DNA of 64,000 nucleotides. It comes from Arenicellales bacterium (GTDB taxonomy: Bacteria; Pseudomonadota; Gammaproteobacteria; Arenicellales; JAJDZL01). The position numbers were made by a program, and so were the translations under genes. Below, in pieces: positions 1 to 9,326 of this stretch. How positions within the stretch are numbered: the first letter of the stretch is position 1; each line of letters opens with the position of its first letter. The notes beneath the pieces were generated by a model. It was not told the origin of the DNA. It saw only the letters and a list, made by a program, of their open reading frames with translations, and ran no database searches. The DNA is taken from contig OZ244840.1 of the NCBI GenBank assembly GCA_965220725.1, positions 2,560,552 through 2,624,551 on the forward strand, given 5' to 3'.

Positions 1-45
1 GGACCGGCGACTGATCAGTCATGCACGGATTATTCAGGATATGCT

Positions 46-1083
46 GTGAAACAGAAGTACAAAGCACCCTTGTTGGAAAAGACCCGTTTTTGGAGTGATG
101 TTGATTTTGTCTCTCCAGGTAAGCGCTGTGGAGAATTGCGATTCAAGTATTCAAACAACGAGATTGCGCTGGGCTACATTCCCATTCCTGTCGGAGTGAT
201 TGTGAATGGTGATGGCCCCACCGTATTGATGACGGGTGGTGTGCATGGGGATGAGTTTGAGGGGCCTGTTGCGCTCACCAAGTTCTTTCATCAAATTGAT
301 GTCACTGACATTCACGGTCGCGTAATCATTCTGCCAGCCCTAAATTTTCCAGCCTTCAACATTTCGTCCCGCGTATCGCCGTGGGATGATGGAAATCTGA
401 ATCGGGCGTTTCCGGGCGATCCGGATGGCGGCCCGACACAGATGATCGCCCATCTGGTGGAAAAGGCCATCATGCCGGTGTGCGATGCGGTTCTGGACAT
501 GCACTCCGGTGGAAAGGCAGCTTGGTTTGTGCCTTGTTCCATGGCATTGCAGACCGAGGATCAGGCGCTCTCCAGCCGGAATCTACAACTCGCTGTTGCA
601 TTTGGAACAAGAGTCATCTGGCTGATGGGCAGTTTGAACGATAACCGCAGTGTCAATCATGCCGCTTATCGCAATGGGTTGCCTGTGGTTTCCGTCGAAT
701 TGGGTGGTGGCGGCCAGGTCACACCGGAAGCCCTGTCAATTGGAGAGCAGGGGATCAGAAATTTTCTCAAGGCCTTAAATATGTTGGATGGTGAACTGGT
801 GTCTGGTGAACAGTCTCCTGTATTCTTGAAAATTTCAAGCACGGAACAGTCGATCTATGCGTCACACCGCGGCATATTTGAGCCGACTTTTGAACCGGGA
901 GATTCGGTAGCGAAAGGCAGTATGGTGGGATATATCCATCTCGTTGATGAACTATCCAGGCCATCAACAGAAATCAGATTTCCACTGGATGGTATTGCGA
1001 TGGTCTGTTGTGGACGCGGCCTGGTTGAACGCGGTGAACTGCTAGCGCTGGTCGGTTTGGAAACAACCCCCTCGATTTGTTGA
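46..1083 (+). CDS. succinylglutamate desuccinylase/aspartoacylase (AstE/AspA) family zinc hydrolase
   Basis: 345-aa ORF. It has a GGVHGDEFEGP (H-x-x-E zinc ligand) motif and a later DMHSGG motif, both typical of the AstE/AspA deacylase fold. The substrate cannot be assigned. Confidence 0.6.
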   Translation: MKQKYKAPLLEKTRFWSDVDFVSPGKRCGELRFKYSNNEIALGYIPIPVGVIVNGDGPTVLMTGGVHGDEFEGPVALTKFFHQIDVTDIHGRVIILPALNFPAFNISSRVSPWDDGNLNRAFPGDPDGGPTQMIAHLVEKAIMPVCDAVLDMHSGGKAAWFVPCSMALQTEDQALSSRNLQLAVAFGTRVIWLMGSLNDNRSVNHAAYRNGLPVVSVELGGGGQVTPEALSIGEQGIRNFLKALNMLDGELVSGEQSPVFLKISSTEQSIYASHRGIFEPTFEPGDSVAKGSMVGYIHLVDELSRPSTEIRFPLDGIAMVCCGRGLVERGELLALVGLETTPSIC

Positions 1084-1111
1084 CGGGAGAGATTCAGTAC
1101 CAGGCAATCGC

Positions 1112-1732
1112 TCAGTGTCCTGGAGTCAGCCAGGTTTCTGAAATAGCCAGAAACGCGGTGCTCATTTCTTGTCCTAAAAAGTTTCTTGAAGTCACGTTGC
1201 CCTGCATGGCGCGGCCGTTGACTGCAATGCTTGCTGATTTTGCCTCGATGAAGACGCTGTACATCTCGTGTTCCCCGGTGGCTGAGGCCTCAACCGCCAC
1301 TTCCGCCGCGAAGGGTTCACCAAGATCGCTCCATGTCATTGCAACCTCGAGATCACCTGACTTGACCAATTCGGTCCTGGATTCGCGTAAGTCGCCGATT
1401 GATTGAGCAGAGTCGATACCCAGGGTGGTCATGGACTGCAAGCCTTTGCGTCCTCGAAATGAGGGAAACTTTGACATGTAGTCATTGATCAGGTATTGAG
1501 TCAGGGCCTCATTGTCAGTCAGGCAGATGTTGTTGGCGTCGGGCAGTCCGAGTGCGTCATCGGGTTTTTCCAATACGATCATGGTGCAACCGGCGCCGTG
1601 AGGGGACAGACTGACACGAAAGAAGATTCCGAGTGAACTCCAGTCTCCATCCGGGTCGACTTTCAGATAGATTCCGGGATTGTCTCCCGACCATTCGACT
1701 TTTCCGGGATTTCTAGGGTTTTGCGGGTCCAT
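1112..1732 (-). CDS. hypothetical protein
   Basis: 206-aa ORF convergent with the previous gene that fills the gap cleanly. No family recognised. The overlapping + strand ORF 1077..1406 looks spurious. Confidence 0.45.
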   Translation of the reverse strand: MDPQNPRNPGKVEWSGDNPGIYLKVDPDGDWSSLGIFFRVSLSPHGAGCTMIVLEKPDDALGLPDANNICLTDNEALTQYLINDYMSKFPSFRGRKGLQSMTTLGIDSAQSIGDLRESRTELVKSGDLEVAMTWSDLGEPFAAEVAVEASATGEHEMYSVFIEAKSASIAVNGRAMQGNVTSRNFLGQEMSTAFLAISETWLTPGH

Positions 1733-2312
1733 GAGCCTTCTCCATTCAATCTAGGTGGCTGAGTATCATTCACTCGAATGAACGGAATTATACAGTGCCA
1801 AGTGTGACTGGAATGGCAGGCGATGTCGAAAGTCATATTCAAGTGAACCGGGATTTAATCAGTGAAGCATGGATTGGAGAGGCACGAGTAGTGGACGCAC
1901 AAGCGAGATGAGAATTCTGGGAACTGCACCATAGTGCATCCATATCCAAGAAGTAGTTTGTTCTGGAGTTTGCCCATTGAAGTGAAGGCGATTAGGAAGT
2001 TGCAAAAATTTTCTTTCTCAAGCGAGCATCCATTTCCTGTAAAATTTCTCGCTTATCAGAAAATCTACAAAATCAAATAGTCGTATTTTCGGACTTGCTG
2101 AATTGACTGGAGACCAGCTTTGGATATGAGTCAGGCGTGGTGATTGGATCAATTCTTTTCCTGGGGATATGACAAAACAATATTCGTTGAATACGCAAAT
2201 AGTCTGTGTGCTAAGCACAATGTGCTGACTATGGAGACTGTGGCGTATGTTCTGATTTGAGTTTATTTTATTATCCGGCGCACGGATGCGCTTTCAGTTG
2301 GAGGTTAAAGTT

Positions 2313-5201
2313 ATGCAATTCAATTTGCTCACAGTACGACTGTCGTTGATCGTCGGGTGTCTTTTGGTTTTTGTATGGGGAGGGGCAAGCAGTAACGAGA
2401 GGGAGTTGTACTTTTATTTCCATGATGACGGTACCAACAGTACGATCACTCCTGTCGGGCAAGCATTGGATCTCGTTGGTTTGAGCCGATGTACAGACCA
2501 ATTTAAACAAGTCGGGAACGATGGTTACAAGTTTCAGGTGCAAGATACGGTTAATGAGGGAACTGGCACCAATCCAGATAATAAGGTAATTTACGCAATT
2601 CATATACAAAATCCTCTTCACCCCAACACTACACCAGGAACTTGCTATGCACCCACTTCGGGTGAAGTCAAGGTTATAAAGAGTTTCGATGGTGCTTCAA
2701 GGTACACACCCGCAAGTGGTGCAAATTGGCGAAATGATCCGGATAGTGGTTTTGCACTCGTTCCAGATTATGCGCACTGGGAATACAACCACACCGATAC
2801 AACTCTGCACTTGAATCGGGTGACTTGGCAAGATACTTGGTGGAAGTGGAATGGAACCCTAGCCAATACGATTGGTGATGCTGATTTCCACATTGACTTC
2901 TATTTTGAATGGAACAACAAGCCTTATGTGGTGATTTTCTCGACGGATGATCCGGCAGAAAGGATTCCGGTTAAACCCATCGAGCTGACTGCAACCCCGG
3001 GCGACGGGCAGGCAACCCTGAACTGGAAACCACAGATCTACAATATAGCCATCACCAAATTTCAGTTTCAGCAGAAGCAGGACAACGGCCAGTATAGCGC
3101 CTGGGAGGACATGACCGGTAGCGATGGTTCAACCGTCAGTTACTCGGTGGATGAACTGGCCAACGGCCATACGTACAGTTTCAAGATCCGGGCAGTGAAT
3201 GACAAAGGCGACGGTGCCGAGTCCAACGAAGCATCGGCAGAGTTGGACGGAGTGCCGAGTTTCAGCGGTGCGATTGCCAATCAGAATTATGTGATAGGCC
3301 AAGCGATCACAACACTGCAGTTACCAACAGCAACCGGCGGCAACGGTAGACTGACGCACACGCTTACACCCACAACGATGCCGGCAGGGCTAAGATTTGA
3401 TCCAACAACTCAGCAGATCAGCGGTAATCCGACGACAGAGACTGTGAATCCGATGTCCTACACTTGGAAAGCGGTGGACTCAGATACCAATACAGCCGAT
3501 ACGGATGCGGCCATATTGACGTTCACGATTGCTGTGGCACAAGACATGCCGCCCACATTTGGCACTCAGACGATTGAGGACAAGACGTACTGGCACGGCC
3601 TGGATGTTCGCACGCAATTACCGGCGGCGACTGGAGGTAATGGTACACCGCTGGAATACACACTCACACCACAACTGCCGGATGGCCTGAGGTTTGATGC
3701 TTCGACGCGTCGGATTCTCGGTGAGACGAAGGAATCGGCGATGCAGAATGCCGTAGAGTACACCTACAAAGTCCACGATACGGACAGCAACCGGGCGGAT
3801 AGCGATGCGGCCACATTGACATTCAATATCTCGGTGACTGAACCGCCAGCGGAGGTGACGGCCTTGATAGACCAGAGCATGGAGCTGATTCTTTCGGAGA
3901 AAGCCCGGATCATTGGGGGTGAGACCATGACCGGCATCCGCTCCAGGGTAGAGAACTTCATGGGACCGCAGGCTGGTGGCAACACCGGCATGAGCGTGAA
4001 TTCAAACGCAGTGATGTCATCGGGTTCATGGCGGGAGCCGGTGCGTATAGATGCTCCGAATTTTGTGTACAGTGACCGCTTTCCTGCCCTGGTGAACGCG
4101 TTCACCGAGGGTGGTTTGGGGCGAAACTCATTCTCCGTATGGAGCAACGCTTCACACAATCGGTTTGAGAATGACAATTCCGCGCTGAGTTACGATGGCA
4201 AGGTGTCGGGGTTCAGTTTCGGAGTGGATACTCCGCTCGGCGATGGCATGGTGGGTGGTGTCACGCTTTCGCGTTTTTCCGGTGAGGCTGATTTCCGTGA
4301 CGGTGACGACAGAACGGGCTGGCAGGAGATTGAGGCAACCAGCGTGACTCCATACTTCGGGATACGGACATCGGATTATATGATGTGGTCGTTTATCGGG
4401 ATAGGTTCGGGTGATTTCGACATCAAGGTTGACGATTACAGCGAGTCCAGTGATCTGTCACTGAATTCCGTGGGAGTCGGTGCCAGCGGAGAGGTGTGGC
4501 GCGATGACAAGACCGAACTGCACCTGATCGGTGATTTCGCACTGACCGAGTTGAGTGTGGATGCGTCGGAACTGATTCCTAAAAAGGATGTCAGCGTGCA
4601 GCGTACCCGTCTGGTTGTCGAGGCGAGTCAGCGCCATCAATCATCCGATGGCGGTGTATTGAAGCCATCGGCTGAGATCGGAGTCGTGGTCGACAGCGGT
4701 GATGGTGTCACCGGTACCCGGTTGGAGGTCGGAGCAGGGGTGAATTACCTGACACCTTCGCAACGCATGACTTTGTCGCTGTCATCCTACGGGCTGGTCA
4801 AGCGCAACAGCTCCGGTGAGTGGGGTGTTCGGGGCAGTATCCGCATGCAGCCGAAAGCAGGCGAGCAGGGACTGTCATTCAGCGTTCGGCCGTCGTATGG
4901 TGCGTCGGTGCGCAGTGTTGACCGTATCTGGGATAACGGACGTACCGATGATGTTGCCGGCCAACGTCGTTATCGGCCTCGGTTGGAAGCGGGTCTGAGT
5001 TACGGCTTCCGAATAGCAGGTGATCGGACGTCGCTGACACCGTACAGCGAGATTTCGATGTCGGGTAACAATCGCACTGTTCGAGTCGGTGCACGACTTG
5101 GATATGACTCCAAACTTGAGATGAAACTGCTCGGAGAAAGAGAGAAGTCTGCAGATGATGTCGAGAACTCGATTCATCTGCAAGGCGGGATTCGATTCTG
5201 A
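2313..5201 (+). CDS. autotransporter outer-membrane protein, paralog 1 (unrecognised N-terminal module, FN3, 2x Ig-like/He_PIG-type, beta-barrel)
   Basis: GGAGG lies 8 nt upstream of the ATG at 2313; the track ORF starts at 2286, but the internal ATG aligns with the paralog starts. Signal peptide is MQFNLLTVRLSLIVGCLLVFVWGGA. The FN3-like segment runs PIELTATPGDGQATLNW...YSFKIRAVNDKGDG. There are two LPxATGGNG...LPxGLRFD Ig-like repeats. The C-terminal ~300 aa have the alternating beta-strand pattern of an autotransporter barrel and end LQGGIRF. Confidence 0.85.
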   Translation: MQFNLLTVRLSLIVGCLLVFVWGGASSNERELYFYFHDDGTNSTITPVGQALDLVGLSRCTDQFKQVGNDGYKFQVQDTVNEGTGTNPDNKVIYAIHIQNPLHPNTTPGTCYAPTSGEVKVIKSFDGASRYTPASGANWRNDPDSGFALVPDYAHWEYNHTDTTLHLNRVTWQDTWWKWNGTLANTIGDADFHIDFYFEWNNKPYVVIFSTDDPAERIPVKPIELTATPGDGQATLNWKPQIYNIAITKFQFQQKQDNGQYSAWEDMTGSDGSTVSYSVDELANGHTYSFKIRAVNDKGDGAESNEASAELDGVPSFSGAIANQNYVIGQAITTLQLPTATGGNGRLTHTLTPTTMPAGLRFDPTTQQISGNPTTETVNPMSYTWKAVDSDTNTADTDAAILTFTIAVAQDMPPTFGTQTIEDKTYWHGLDVRTQLPAATGGNGTPLEYTLTPQLPDGLRFDASTRRILGETKESAMQNAVEYTYKVHDTDSNRADSDAATLTFNISVTEPPAEVTALIDQSMELILSEKARIIGGETMTGIRSRVENFMGPQAGGNTGMSVNSNAVMSSGSWREPVRIDAPNFVYSDRFPALVNAFTEGGLGRNSFSVWSNASHNRFENDNSALSYDGKVSGFSFGVDTPLGDGMVGGVTLSRFSGEADFRDGDDRTGWQEIEATSVTPYFGIRTSDYMMWSFIGIGSGDFDIKVDDYSESSDLSLNSVGVGASGEVWRDDKTELHLIGDFALTELSVDASELIPKKDVSVQRTRLVVEASQRHQSSDGGVLKPSAEIGVVVDSGDGVTGTRLEVGAGVNYLTPSQRMTLSLSSYGLVKRNSSGEWGVRGSIRMQPKAGEQGLSFSVRPSYGASVRSVDRIWDNGRTDDVAGQRRYRPRLEAGLSYGFRIAGDRTSLTPYSEISMSGNNRTVRVGARLGYDSKLEMKLLGEREKSADDVENSIHLQGGIRF

Positions 5202-5230
5202 CGGTATTTTGAATTCTTGATTCTATGATG

Positions 5231-5264
5231 ATGCCGGTACGGATTCCATACCGGCATTCTTTTT
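5231..5264 (+). terminator. rho-independent terminator of paralog 1
   Basis: ATGCCGGTA / TACCGGCAT 9-bp stem followed by TTCTTTTT. Confidence 0.75.
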
Positions 5265-5839
5265 CCATTTCAGGTATCTAGACAGTCTGTGATCGCAAGA
5301 GAGCATCAGCTGCAACCTGCTGGTGTAGGGAACTGAATAGATGAGGTTATTGCATTAAGAAGAGATTTTTAGGAATTTCTTCCGTAGAAATCTATTAGCC
5401 AGCGCGTATTTGTCTTGTGCCGCCATCAAGATTCATTGGACTTCCGAGTTCGAAGCAGATTCGCCTTGCACAAAGCAGGTACGACGCAGTGGGAAGGTTG
5501 AACTTGTATTTGCGTTTCAATTGAGGGCGGTGCAAAAGTTTCAAAAATTTCTTTCTCAAGCGAGCATTCATTTCTTGTAAAATTACTTACTTATCAGAAA
5601 ATAAAAAGGTTGCATTCTCGGAATCGCCGAATTGACAGACGTCCGGCTTTGATATTTAGTCAGGCGTGGCAATCGGATCAATTCTTTCCGGGTATTTGGC
5701 AACAAAATTAACGTGAAGTACGGAAATGATCTGTGTGCTTGGTACAGTGTGCTGGCAATAACAGGCTGTGCCGTATGTTCAGATTTGAATTCAATTTTTC
5801 CGGCACAGGGACGCGCTCATTTTTTTTGAGGTTAAAGTT

Positions 5840-8686
5840 ATGACATTAAATTTGCTCACAATACGACTGTCGTTGGTCGTCGTGTGTCTAATGGTATGGG
5901 GGGAGGCAAGCAGTAACGAGAGGGAGTTGTACTTTTACTTCCATGATGATGGTACCAACAGCACGGTCACTCCTGTCGGGCAATCAGTATATCCCCCTAG
6001 CTCGATCCGATGCGGCGACAAGGATAAACAAGTCGGGAACGATGGTTACAAGTTCCAAGTGGCAGATACGGCTGACCAAATTTATGCGATTCATATACAA
6101 AATCCTCTTCACCCCAACACTACACCAGGAACTTGCTATGCACCCACTTCGAGTGAAGTCAAGGTAATCAAGAGTTTCGATGGTGCTTCAAGGCACACAC
6201 CGGCAAGCGGTGCAAATTGGCGTAATAAACCCGGTACCTTTGTTCCGTCATATGCACACTGGGAATACAATCATACCAACAAAACTCTGCACATCAATCG
6301 GTTTCACTGGGAAAACGGTACTTGGTGGAAATGGAACGGAACCCTGAAAGATACGCTGGGTGATGAGGAGTTCCACATTGACTTCTATTTCGAATGGAGC
6401 AACCAACCCTATGTCATGATTTTCTCGACGGATGACCCGGCAGAAAGGACTCCGGTTAAACCCATTGAGCTGACAGCGGCTCCAGGCGACGGGCAGGCAA
6501 CCCTGAATTGGAAACCGCAAATCTACAATATTGACATCACTAAATACCAGTACCAGAAAAAGCAGGACAGTGGCAATTTTGGTGCCTGGGAGGACATGGC
6601 AGGTTCTGGCAAGACGACCACTTCGTTCACCGTGACGGATTTGCCCAACGGCCATACGTACACATTCAAAATTCGGGCGGTTAATGGCAAGGGTGACGGC
6701 GTCGACTCCGACACAGCGTCGGCAGAGTTGGACGGAGTGCCGAGTTTCGGTACTGTGATTACCAACCAGAATTTCGTGATAGGCCAAGCGATCACAACGC
6801 TGCAGCTACCAACGGCAACCGGCGGCAACGGTAGACTGACGCACACGCTTACACCCACAACGATGCCGGCAGGGCTAAGATATGATCCAACAACCCAGCA
6901 GATCAGCGGTAATCCGACGACAGAGACTGTGAATCCGATGTCCTATACCTGGAAGGCAGTGGACTCAGACACCAACACAGCAGATACCGATGCGGCCATA
7001 ATGACGTTCACGATTGCTGTGGCACAAGACATGCCGCCCACATTCGGCACACAGACGATTGAGGACAAGACGTACTGGCATGGCCAAGATGTCCGCACGC
7101 AATTGCCGGCGGCGACCGGAGGCAATGGTACACCGCTGGAATACACACTCACGCCGCAACTGCCGGACGGTCTGAGGTTTGATGCTTCGACGCGTCGGAT
7201 TCTCGGTGACCCGAAGGAATCGGCGATGCAGAGTGCGGTGGAGTACACCTACAAGGTTCACGATCCGGACAACAACCGGGCGGATAGTGATGCGGCCACA
7301 CTGACATTCAATATCTCGGTGACCGAACCGCCGACGGAGGTGACGGCTCTGATCGACCAGAGCATGGATCTGATTCTGTCGGAGAAAGCCCGGATCATCG
7401 GAGGTGAGATCATGAGCGGTGTCCGCTCCAGGGTACAGAACTTCACGGGACCACAGGCTGGCGGTAACACCGGTATGAATGTGAATTCAAACGCAGGGAT
7501 GTCAGCGGGTTTATCGCGGCAGCCGGTGCGTATGGATTTACAGCAGTTTGTGTACAGTGATCACTTCCCAGCGCTCGTGAATGCGTTTTCCGAAGGAGGT
7601 CCGGCTCTAAATTCGTTCTCAGTTTGGAGCGATGCCACGCACAGTCGGTTTGAGAATGACAGTTCGGCGCTGAGTTACGATGGCAAGGTATCAGGTTTCA
7701 GTTTTGGACTGGACACCCCGCTGGGTGAGGACGTTGTTGGCGGTGTTACCCTTTCGCAATATTCCGGTGAGGTTGATTACCAAAGCAGTGATGGTCGAAG
7801 CGGCACGCAGCAGATCAAGGCGACGAGTGTGAGTCCTTATTTAGGATTGAGGACCTCCGACTATGTGATGTGGTCGTTCGTTGGAATCGGCTCGGGTGAT
7901 TTCGAGGTTGATCAGGGTGACTACAGCGAGTCCAGTGATCTGTCACTGAATACCGTGGGAATCGGCGCCAGCGGAGAGGTGTGGCGCGATGACAAGACCG
8001 AGTTGCACCTGATCGGTGATTTCGCGCTGACTGAGTTGAGTGTGGATGCTGCGGGTCTGATCCCCGACAAGTATGTGAGCGTGCATCGTACCCGTGTGGT
8101 GGTCGAGGCGAGTCAGCGCTATCAATCGTCTGATGGCGGTGTATTCAAGCCGTCGGCCGAGGTCGGAGTCGTGATCGACAGCGGTGATGGTGTCACCGGT
8201 ACCCGGTTGGAGGTCGGAGCAGGCGTGAATTACCTGACACCTTCGCAACGCCTGACGTTGTCGCTGTCGTCTTACGGATTGGTCAAGCGCAACAGCGCTA
8301 GTGAATGGGGTGTTCGGGGCAGTATCCGCATGCAGCCGGAAGCCGGCGAACAGGGACTGTCATTCAGCGTGCGACCGTCTTATGGTGCGTCGGTGCGCGG
8401 TGTTGACCGCATCTGGGATAACGGCCGTTCCGATGATGTTGCCGGAGAACGTCGTTATCGGCCTCGGTTGGAAGCGGGTCTGAGTTACGGTTTCCGAGTT
8501 GCAGGTGACCGGGTGTTGCTGGCACCGTTCAGCGAGATTTCGATGTCGGGTAACAATCGCACTGTTCGAGTCGGTACCCGACTTGGATATGACTCCAAAC
8601 TTGAGATGAGCCTGCTCGGAGCAAGGGAGGAGTCTGCGGATGATGTTGAAAATTCGCTCCACCTGCAAGGTGGGATTCGATTCTGA
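5840..8686 (+). CDS. autotransporter outer-membrane protein, paralog 2
   Basis: GAGG RBS then ATG at 5840. Same architecture as paralog 1, with a type-B FN3 (TKYQYQKKQDSGNFGAWEDM). Ends LQGGIRF. Confidence 0.85.
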   Translation: MTLNLLTIRLSLVVVCLMVWGEASSNERELYFYFHDDGTNSTVTPVGQSVYPPSSIRCGDKDKQVGNDGYKFQVADTADQIYAIHIQNPLHPNTTPGTCYAPTSSEVKVIKSFDGASRHTPASGANWRNKPGTFVPSYAHWEYNHTNKTLHINRFHWENGTWWKWNGTLKDTLGDEEFHIDFYFEWSNQPYVMIFSTDDPAERTPVKPIELTAAPGDGQATLNWKPQIYNIDITKYQYQKKQDSGNFGAWEDMAGSGKTTTSFTVTDLPNGHTYTFKIRAVNGKGDGVDSDTASAELDGVPSFGTVITNQNFVIGQAITTLQLPTATGGNGRLTHTLTPTTMPAGLRYDPTTQQISGNPTTETVNPMSYTWKAVDSDTNTADTDAAIMTFTIAVAQDMPPTFGTQTIEDKTYWHGQDVRTQLPAATGGNGTPLEYTLTPQLPDGLRFDASTRRILGDPKESAMQSAVEYTYKVHDPDNNRADSDAATLTFNISVTEPPTEVTALIDQSMDLILSEKARIIGGEIMSGVRSRVQNFTGPQAGGNTGMNVNSNAGMSAGLSRQPVRMDLQQFVYSDHFPALVNAFSEGGPALNSFSVWSDATHSRFENDSSALSYDGKVSGFSFGLDTPLGEDVVGGVTLSQYSGEVDYQSSDGRSGTQQIKATSVSPYLGLRTSDYVMWSFVGIGSGDFEVDQGDYSESSDLSLNTVGIGASGEVWRDDKTELHLIGDFALTELSVDAAGLIPDKYVSVHRTRVVVEASQRYQSSDGGVFKPSAEVGVVIDSGDGVTGTRLEVGAGVNYLTPSQRLTLSLSSYGLVKRNSASEWGVRGSIRMQPEAGEQGLSFSVRPSYGASVRGVDRIWDNGRSDDVAGERRYRPRLEAGLSYGFRVAGDRVLLAPFSEISMSGNNRTVRVGTRLGYDSKLEMSLLGAREESADDVENSLHLQGGIRF

Positions 8687-8715
8687 CCTTGTTTTGAATT
8701 CTTGATTCCTTGATG

Positions 8716-8749
8716 ATGCCGGTACGGATTCCGTACCGGCATTCTTTTT
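8716..8749 (+). terminator. rho-independent terminator of paralog 2
   Basis: Near-perfect palindrome ATGCCGGTACGG-ATT-CCGTACCGGCAT followed by TCTTTTT. Confidence 0.8.
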
Positions 8750-9326
8750 CCATTTCAGGAATGTAGACGATCTGCAATCACAAGTGAGCATCACCTGCAA
8801 ACTGCTGGTGTAATTAACTGAACCTATGAGGTTATTGCTTTAAGAAAAACACCATACAGATGTCTTTTGTTGAAATTTAGTAGCCAGCGCGTATTACTTT
8901 TGTGTCGCCATCGCAATTCATTGGACCTCTGAGTTCAAAACAGATTCACCTTGCACAAAGCAGGTGCGACGCAGTGGGAAGGTTGACCTTGTATTTGCGT
9001 TTCAATTGAGGGCGGTGCAGAAGTTACAAGATTTTTCTATCAAGCGAACATTCAAGTTTTTGTACAATTTTTGATTAATCAGAAAATCATGAAGTTGTAT
9101 TCTCGGAATCGCTGAATTGACTGACGTTCCGCTTTGAAAATTGGCAGGCGTGGTTAGTGGATCAATTCATTCCCCGGGTATTCGACATCAAAATAATCGT
9201 GAAGTACGGAAATGGCCTGTGTGTTTGGCGCAATGTGCTGAAAAATAAGAGGCAATGACGTATGCTCTGATTTGGATTCGATTTTTTCCGGCACAGGGAT
9301 GCGCCTTATTTTTGGAGGTTAAAGTT

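Noticed and set aside
2313-2400. A lipobox-like IVGC in the autotransporter signal peptides, suggesting a lipoprotein
   Set aside because: The hydrophobic core continues past the Cys (…LIVGCLLVFVWGGA-SS), so this fits an ordinary Sec signal with cleavage after the small residues rather than an SPase II site.
5320-5350. A GATGAGGTTATTGCATTAA segment in the spacers that resembles a vestigial RBS plus start of an autotransporter gene (GGAGGTTAAAGTTATGCAATTCAA)
   Set aside because: The similarity is short and needs gaps, so I cannot distinguish it from chance without a proper alignment. I note it only as a possible trace of a decayed copy.
5735-5760. A sigma-54-like TGGTAC…GCTGGC element in the conserved spacers
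   Set aside because: The GG-to-GC spacing does not match the -24/-12 consensus (it is off by two in either register), and the element is not preserved before copies 1 and 3.
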